From the NCBI GenBank assembly GCA_964276515.1, contig OZ193910.1:7192001-7256000 (forward strand): DNA of 64,000 nt, written 5' to 3'. Shown here one piece after another: positions 56,701 through 64,000 of this stretch (the stretch's first letter is position 1; each line of letters begins with the position of its first letter). The notes under the pieces are model-generated. The model was not told where the DNA came from. It saw only the letters and a program-made list of their open reading frames with translations, and did no database searches. A program made the translations under genes and the position numbers. The DNA comes from Gordius albopunctatus. Its lineage: Eukaryota.

Positions 56701-59700
56701 TTCAAAAATTAAGCACTAACGTTGCGATACAACTAACTAATCGCAACAATATAACGTTGTCTTTTCTCAAAATGATTGTTCTCGCAGCTTAAAACTTCTT
56801 TCTTAAGTCAATCGAGCATAAAAGGTTTCTCAAATTGGCTTACTTTAATATATTTTTTCAAGCTCTTTTACATAAAATAACAAAAAATATATTTTTCAGG
56901 TTTAAATAATTCACAATTTTTTCCTTTCAACCATATTCAACCGATGAAAGTTGTTATTTTCAGACGTGATTTCCATGATAAAAAGTTAAAATTTATCAGA
57001 ATTAGAGAACCATTACTTTTAAATCATCATCGCATAGAGCATGTTTCAAAAATTAAGCACTAACGTTGCGATACAACAAACTAATCGCAACAAAATAACG
57101 TTGTCTTTTCTCAAAATGATTGTTCTCGCAGCTTAAAACTTCTTTCTTAAGTCAATCGAGCATAAAAGGTTTCTCAAATTGGCTTACTTTAATATATTTT
57201 TTCAAGCTCTTTTACATAAAATAACAAAAAATTTTTTTTTTCAGGATAAAATAATTCACAATTTTTTCCTTTCAACCATATTCAACTGATGAAAGTTGTT
57301 ATTTTCAGACGTGATTTCCATGATAAAAAGTTAAAATTTATCAGAATTAGAGAACCATTACTTTTAAATCATCATCGCATAGAGCATGTTTCAAAAATTA
57401 AGCACTAACGTTGCGATACAACTAACTAATCGCAACAAAATAACGTTGTCTTTTCTCAAAATGATTGTTCTCGCAGCTTAAAACTTCTTTCTTAAGTCAA
57501 TCGAGCATAAAAGGTTTCTCAAATTGGCTTACTTTAATATATTTTTTCAAGCTCTTTTACATAAAATAACAAAAAATATATTTTTTCAGGATAAAATAAT
57601 TCACAATTTTTTCCTTCAACCATATTCAACCGATGAAAGTTGTTATTTTCAGACGTGATTTCCATGATAAAAAGTCAAAATTTATCAGAATTAGAGAACT
57701 GTTACTTTTAAATCATCATCGCATAGAGCATGTTTCAAAAATTAAGCACTAACGTTGCGATACAAAAACTAATCGCAACAAAATAACGTTGTCTTTTCTC
57801 AAAATGATTGTTCTCGCAGCTTAAAACTTCTTTCTTAAGTCAATCGAGCATAAAAGGTTTCTCAAATTAGCTTACTTTTATATATTTTATCAAGCTCTTT
57901 TACATAAAATAACAAAAAATATATTTTTTAGGTTAAAATAATTCACAATTTTTTCCTTTCAACCATATTCAACCGATAAAAGTTGTTATTTTCAGACGTG
58001 ATTGCCATGATAAAAAGTTAAAATTTATCAGAATTAGAGAACCATTACTTTTAAATCATCATCGCATAGAGCATGTTTCAAAAATTAAGCACTAACGTTG
58101 CGATACAACTAACTAATCGAAACAATATAACGTTGTATTTTCTCAAAATGATTGTTCTCGCAGCTTAAAACTTCTTTCTGAAGTCAATCGAGGATAAAAG
58201 GTTTCTCAAATCAGCTTACTTTTATATATTTTTTCAAGCTCTTTTACATAAAATAACAAAAAATATATTTTTCAGGTTTAAATAATTCACAATTTTTTCC
58301 TTTCAACCATATTCAACCGATGAAAGTTGTTATTTTCAGACGTGATTTCCATGATAAAAAGTCAAAATTTATCAGAATTAGAGAACTGTTACTTTTAAAT
58401 CATCATCGCATAGAGCATGTTTCAAAAATTAAGCACTAACGTTGCGATACAACTAACTAATCGCAACAATATAACGTTGTCTTTTCTCAAAATGATTGTT
58501 CTCGCAGCTTAAAACTTCTTTCTAAAGTCAATCGAGCATAAAAGGTTTCTCAAATTGGCTTACTTTAATATATTTTTTCAAGCTCTTTTACATAAAATAA
58601 CAAAAAATATATTTTTCAGGTTAAAATAATTCACAATTTTTTCCTTTCAACCATATTCAACCGATGAAAGTTGTTATTTTCTCACGTGATTTCCATGATA
58701 AAAAGTTAAAATTTATCAGAATTAGAGAACCATTACTTTTAAATCATCATCGCATAGAGCATGTTTCAAAAATTAAGCACTAACGTTGCGATACAACTAA
58801 CTAATCGCAACAATATAACGTTGTCTTTTCTAAAAATGATTGTTGTCGCAGCTTAAAACTTCTTATAAGGAGTCGATCGAGATTAATAGGATTCTCAAAT
58901 CAGCTTACTTTTATATATTTTTTCAAGCTCTTTTACATAAAATAACAAAAAATATATTGTTCAGGTTAAAATAATTCACAATTTTTTCCTTTCGGCCATA
59001 TTCCACCGATGAAAGTTGTTATTTTCAGACGTGATTTCCATGATAAAAAGTCATAATTTATCAGAATTAGAGAACTGTTACTTTTAAATCATCATCGCAT
59101 AGAGCATGTTTCAAAAATTAAGCACTAACGTTGCGATACAACTAACTAATCGCAACAATATAACGTTGTCTTTTCTAAAAATGATTGTTGTCGCAGCTTA
59201 AAACTTCTTATAAGGAGTCGATCGAGATTAATAGGATTCTCAAATCAGCTTACTTTTATATATTTTTTCAAGCTCTTTTACATAAAATAACAAAAAATAT
59301 ATTGTTCAGGTTAAAATAATTCACAATTTTTTCCTTTCGGCCATATTCCACCGATGAAAGTTGTTATTTTCAGACGTGATTTCCATGATAAAAAGTCATA
59401 ATTTATCAGAATTAGAGAACTGTTACTTTTAAATCATCATCGCATAGAGCATGTTTCAAAAATTAAGCACTAACGTTGCGATACAACAAACTAATCGCAA
59501 CAAAATAACGTTGTCTTTTCTCAAAATGATTGTTCTCGCAGCTTAAAACTTCTTATAAGGAGTCGATCGAGATTAATAGGATTCTCAAATCAGCTTACTT
59601 TTATATATTTTTTCAAGCTCTTTTACATAAAATAACAAAAAATATATTGTTCAGGTTAAAATAATTCACATTTTTTTCCTTTCGGCCATATTCAACCGAT

Positions 59701-61135
59701 GAAAGTTGTTATTTTCAGACGTGATTTCCATGATAAAAAGTCAAAATTTATCAGAATTAGAGAACTGTTACTTTTAAATCATCATCGCATAGAGCATGTT
59801 TCAAAAATTAAGCACTAACGTTGCGATACAACTAACTAATCGCAACAATATAACGTTGTCTTTTCTCAAAATGATTGTTCTCGCAGCTTAAAACTTCTTA
59901 TAAGGAGTCGATCGAGATTAATAGGATTCTCAAATCAGCTTACTTTTATATATTTTTTCAAGCTCTTTTACATAAAATGACAAAAAAAATATTTTTCAGG
60001 TTAAAATAATTCACAATTTTTTCGTTTCAACCATATTCAACCGATGAAAGTTGTTAGTTTCAGACGTGATTTCCATGATAAAAAGTTAAAATTTATCAGA
60101 ATTAGAGAACCATTACTTTTAAATCATCATCGCATAGAGCATGTTTCAAAAATTAAGCACTAACGTTGCGATACAACTAACTAATCGCAACAATATAACG
60201 TTGTATTTTTTCAAAATGATTGTTCTCGCAGCTTAAAACTTCTTATAAGGAGTCGATCGAGATTAATAGGATTCTCAAATCAGCTTACTTTTATATATTT
60301 TTTCAAGCTCTTTTACATAAAATAACAAAAAATATATTGTTCAGGTTAAAATAATTCACAATTTTTTCCTTTCGGCCATATTCAACCGATGAAAGTTGTT
60401 ATTTTCAGACGTGATTTCCATGATAAAAAGTCAAAATTTATCAGAATTAGAGAACTGTTACTTTTAAATCATCATCGCATAGAGCATGTTTCAAAAATTA
60501 AGCACTAACGTTGCGATACAACTAACTAATCGCAACAATATAACGTTGTATTTTCTCAAAATGATTGTTCTCGCAGCTTAAAACTTCTTTCTGAAGTCAA
60601 TCGAGGATAAAAGGTTTCTCAAATCAGCTTACTTTTATATATTTTTTCAAGCTCTTTTACATAAAATAACAAAAAATATATTTTTCAGGTTTAAATAATT
60701 CACAATTTTTTCCTTTCAACCATATTCAACCGATGAAAGTTGTTATTTTCTCACGTGATTTCCATGATAAAAAGTTAAAATTTATCAGAATTAGAGAACC
60801 ATTACTTTTAAATCATCATCGCATAGAGCATGTTTCAAAAATTAAGCACTAACGTTGCGATACAACTAACTAATCGCAACAATATAACGTTGTATTTTCT
60901 CAAAATGATTGTTCTCGCAGCTTAAAACTTCTTTCTGAAGTCAATCGAGGATAAAAGGTTTCTCAAATCAGCTTACTTTTATATATTTTTTCAAGCTCTT
61001 TTACATAAAATAACAAAAAATATATTTTTCAGGTTAAAATAATTCACAATTTTTTCCTTTCAACCATATTCAACCGATGAAAGTTGTTATTTTCAGACGT
61101 GATTTCCATGATAAAAAGTTAAAATTTATCAGAAT

Positions 61136-63300
61136 TAGAGAACCATTACTTTTAAATCATCATCGCATAGAGCATGTTTCAAAAATTAAGCACTAACGTT
61201 GCGATACAACTAACTAATCGCAACAATATAACGTTGTCTTTTCTAAAAATGATTGTTGTCGCAGCTTAAAACTTCTTATAAGGAGTCGATCGAGATTAAT
61301 AGGATTCTCAAATCAGCTTACTTTTATATATTTTTTCAAGCTCTTTTACATAAAATGACAAAAAAAATATTTTTCAGGTTAAAATAATTCACAATTTTTT
61401 CGTTTAAACCATATTCAACCGATGAAAGTTGTTAGTTTCAGACGTGATTTCCATGATAAAAAGTTAAAATTTATCAGAATTAGAGAACCATTACTTTTAA
61501 ATCATCATCGCATAGAGCATGTTTCAAAAATTAAGCACTAACGTTGCGATACAACTAACTAATCGCAACAATATAACGTTGTCTTTTCTCAAAATGATTG
61601 TTCTCGCAGCTTAAAACTTCTTTCTTAAGTCAATCGAGCATAAAAGGTTTCTCAAATTGGCTTACTTTAATATATTTTTTCAAGCTCTTTTACATAAAAT
61701 AACAAAAAATATATTTTTCAGGTTTAAATAATTCACAATTTTTTCCTTTCAACCATATTCAACCGATGAAAGTTGTTATTTTCAGACGTGATTTCCATGA
61801 TAAAAAGTTAAAATTTATCAGAATTAGAGAACCATTACTTTTAAATCATCATCGCATAGAGCATGTTTCAAAAATTAAGCACTAACGTTGCGATACAACT
61901 AACTAATCGCAACAATATAACGTTGTCTTTTCTAAAAATGATTGTTGTCGCAGCTTAAAACTTCTTATAAGGAGTCGATCGAGATTAATAGGATTCTCAA
62001 ATCAGCTTACTTTTATATATTTTTTCAAGCTCTTTTACATAAAATGACAAAAAAAATATTTTTCAGGTTAAAATAATTCACAATTTTTTCGTTTAAACCA
62101 TATTCAACCGATGAAAGTTGTTAGTTTCAGACGTGATTTCCATGATAAAAAGTTAAAATTTATCAGAATTAGAGAACCATTACTTTTAAATCATCATCGC
62201 ATAGAGCATGTTTCAAAAATTAAGCACTAACGTTGCGATACAACTAACTAATCGCAACAATATAACGTTGTCTTTTCTCAAAATGATTGTTCTCGCAGCT
62301 TAAAACTTCTTTCTTAAGTCAATCGAGCATAAAAGGTTTCTCAAATTGGCTTACTTTAATATATTTTTTCAAGCTCTTTTACATAAAATAACAAAAAATA
62401 TATTTTTCAGGTTTAAATAATTCACAATTTTTTCCTTTCAACCATATTCAACCGATGAAAGTTGTTATTTTCAGACGTGATTTCCATGATAAAAAGTTAA
62501 AATTTATCAGAATTAGAGAACCATTACTTTTAAATCATCATCGCATAGAGCATGTTTCAAAAATTAAGCACTAACGTTGCGATACAACTAACTAATCGCA
62601 ACAATATAACGTTGTCTTTTCTAAAAATGATTGTTGTCGCAGCTTAAAACTTCTTATAAGGAGTCGATCGAGATTAATAGGATTCTCAAATCAGCTTACT
62701 TTTATATATTTTTTCAAGCTCTTTTACATAAAATGACAAAAAAAATATTTTTCAGGTTAAAATAATTCACAATTTTTTCGTTTAAACCATATTCAACCGA
62801 TGAAAGTTGTTAGTTTCAGACGTGATTTCCATGATAAAAAGTTAAAATTTATCAGAATTAGAGAACCATTACTTTTAAATCATCATCGCATAGAGCATGT
62901 TTCAAAAATTAAGCACTAACGTTGCGATACAACTAACTAATCGCAACAATATAACGTTGTCTTTTCTCAAAATGATTGTTCTCGCAGCTTAAAACTTCTT
63001 TCTTAAGTCAATCGAGCATAAAAGGTTTCTCAAATTGGCTTACTTTAATATATTTTTTCAAGCTCTTTTACATAAAATAACAAAAAATATATTTTTCAGG
63101 TTTAAATAATTCACAATTTTTTCCTTTCAACCATATTCAACCGATGAAAGTTGTTATTTTCAGACGTGATTTCCATGATAAAAAGTTAAAATTTATCAGA
63201 ATTAGAGAACCATTACTTTTAAATCATCATCGCATAGAGCATGTTTCAAAAATTAAGCACTAACGTTGCGATACAACTAACTAATCGCAACAATATAACG
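61136..63300. repeat. Dimer higher-order repeat (689 bp) in three tandem copies
   Basis: taaaatgaca at 61351/62040/62729. Each copy also has cgtttaaacc and gttagtttc and alternates with a ttctttcttaagtcaatcgagc monomer. Confidence 0.9.
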
Positions 63301-64000
63301 TTGTATTTTTTCAAAATGATTGTTCTCGCAGCTTAAAACTTCTTATAAGGAGTCGATCGAGATTAATAGGATTCTCAAATCAGCTTACTTTTATATATTT
63401 TTTCAAGCTCTTTTACATAAAATAACAAAAAATATATTGTTCAGGTTAAAATAATTCACAATTTTTTCCTTTCGGCCATATTCAACCGATGAAAGTTGTT
63501 ATTTTCAGACGTGATTTCCATGATAAAAAGTCAAAATTTATCAGAATTAGAGAACTGTTACTTTTAAATCATCATCGCATAGAGCATGTTTCAAAAATTA
63601 AGCACTAACGTTGCGATACAACAAACTAATCGCAACAAAATAACGTTGTCTTTTCTCAAAATGATTGTTCTCGCAGCTTAAAACTTCTTTCTTAAGTCAA
63701 TCGAGCATAAAAGGTTTCTCAAATTGGCTTACTTTAATATATTTTTTCAAGCTCTTTTACATAAAATAACAAAAAATATATTTTTTCAGGATAAAATAAT
63801 TCACAATTTTTTCCTTTCAACCATATTCAACTGATGAAAGTTGTTATTTTCAGACGTGATTTCCATGATAAAAAGTTAAAATTTATCAGAATTAGAGAAC
63901 CATTACTTTTAAATCATCATCGCATAGAGCATGTTTCAAAAATTAAGCACTAACGTTGCGATACAACTAACTAATCGCAACAAAATAACGTTGTCTTTTC

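Larger units (their letters stand above)
1..64000. repeat. Tandem satellite DNA array, ~345 bp monomer, ~185 copies, extends beyond both window edges
   Basis: The anchor tagagaac recurs at 1, 345, 690, 1034, 1379, 1726, 2070, 2417, 2764, 3111 and onward to the window end, with spacing of 344-347 bp. No intervening unique sequence or inversion was seen. Confidence 0.99.
43895..64000. repeat. Subfamily B domain
   Basis: Diagnostic states are gaaccatt or gaactgtt, acttttaaatc, agcactaacg, caactaactaa, gagattaatagg, caaatcagc, ttcaggttaaaat and ttcaaccgatg. These are largely absent from 1-30 kb. Confidence 0.92.

Noticed and set aside
1..64000. Protein-coding genes or a repeat-encoded protein
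   Set aside because: The AT-rich monomer has frequent stop triplets on both strands, unit length varies 344-347 bp (not frame-preserving), and there is no recognisable coding signal. A full six-frame translation was not run.
1..64000. CRISPR array or other repeat-spacer system
   Set aside because: Sequence between conserved palindromic boxes is homologous in every unit rather than unique spacer, and there are no cas or other genes.
1..64000. Transposon or MITE insertion, or strand inversion within the array
   Set aside because: Monomer phase and orientation are continuous. No foreign sequence, terminal inverted repeats bounding a unit, or target-site duplications around an insert were seen.
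43895..64000. Compensatory covariation supporting a conserved RNA structure
   Set aside because: B substitutions (tttgaaa>ttttaaa, gagaat>gagatt, ttcatcc>ttcaacc) disrupt stems without partner changes.

Overview
The whole 64 kb window is one uninterrupted head-to-tail array of an AT-rich satellite DNA. It has about 185 monomers of about 344-347 bp, all in the same orientation (monomer 1 is about 28% GC by hand count). I see no coding gene, RNA gene, transposon insertion, CRISPR array or unique sequence, and I cannot name the satellite family or the organism. The features fit eukaryotic (peri)centromeric or heterochromatic satellite DNA. The information lies in how the variants are organised. 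There is a homogeneous subfamily-A domain (about 1-30.6 kb), a transition zone with nested 12-mer and 14-mer duplications (about 29-44.5 kb), and a distinct subfamily-B domain (about 44-64 kb). The A-to-B junction is itself tandemly duplicated (4830 bp), one duplicate carries an apparent ~370 bp in-register conversion tract, and many local higher-order repeats (2-, 3-, 4-, 5-, 8-mers) occur. The monomer is densely packed with short dyad symmetries. I do not find evidence of a new gene-based system, so the findings concern satellite evolution and structure. All comparisons were made by eye.
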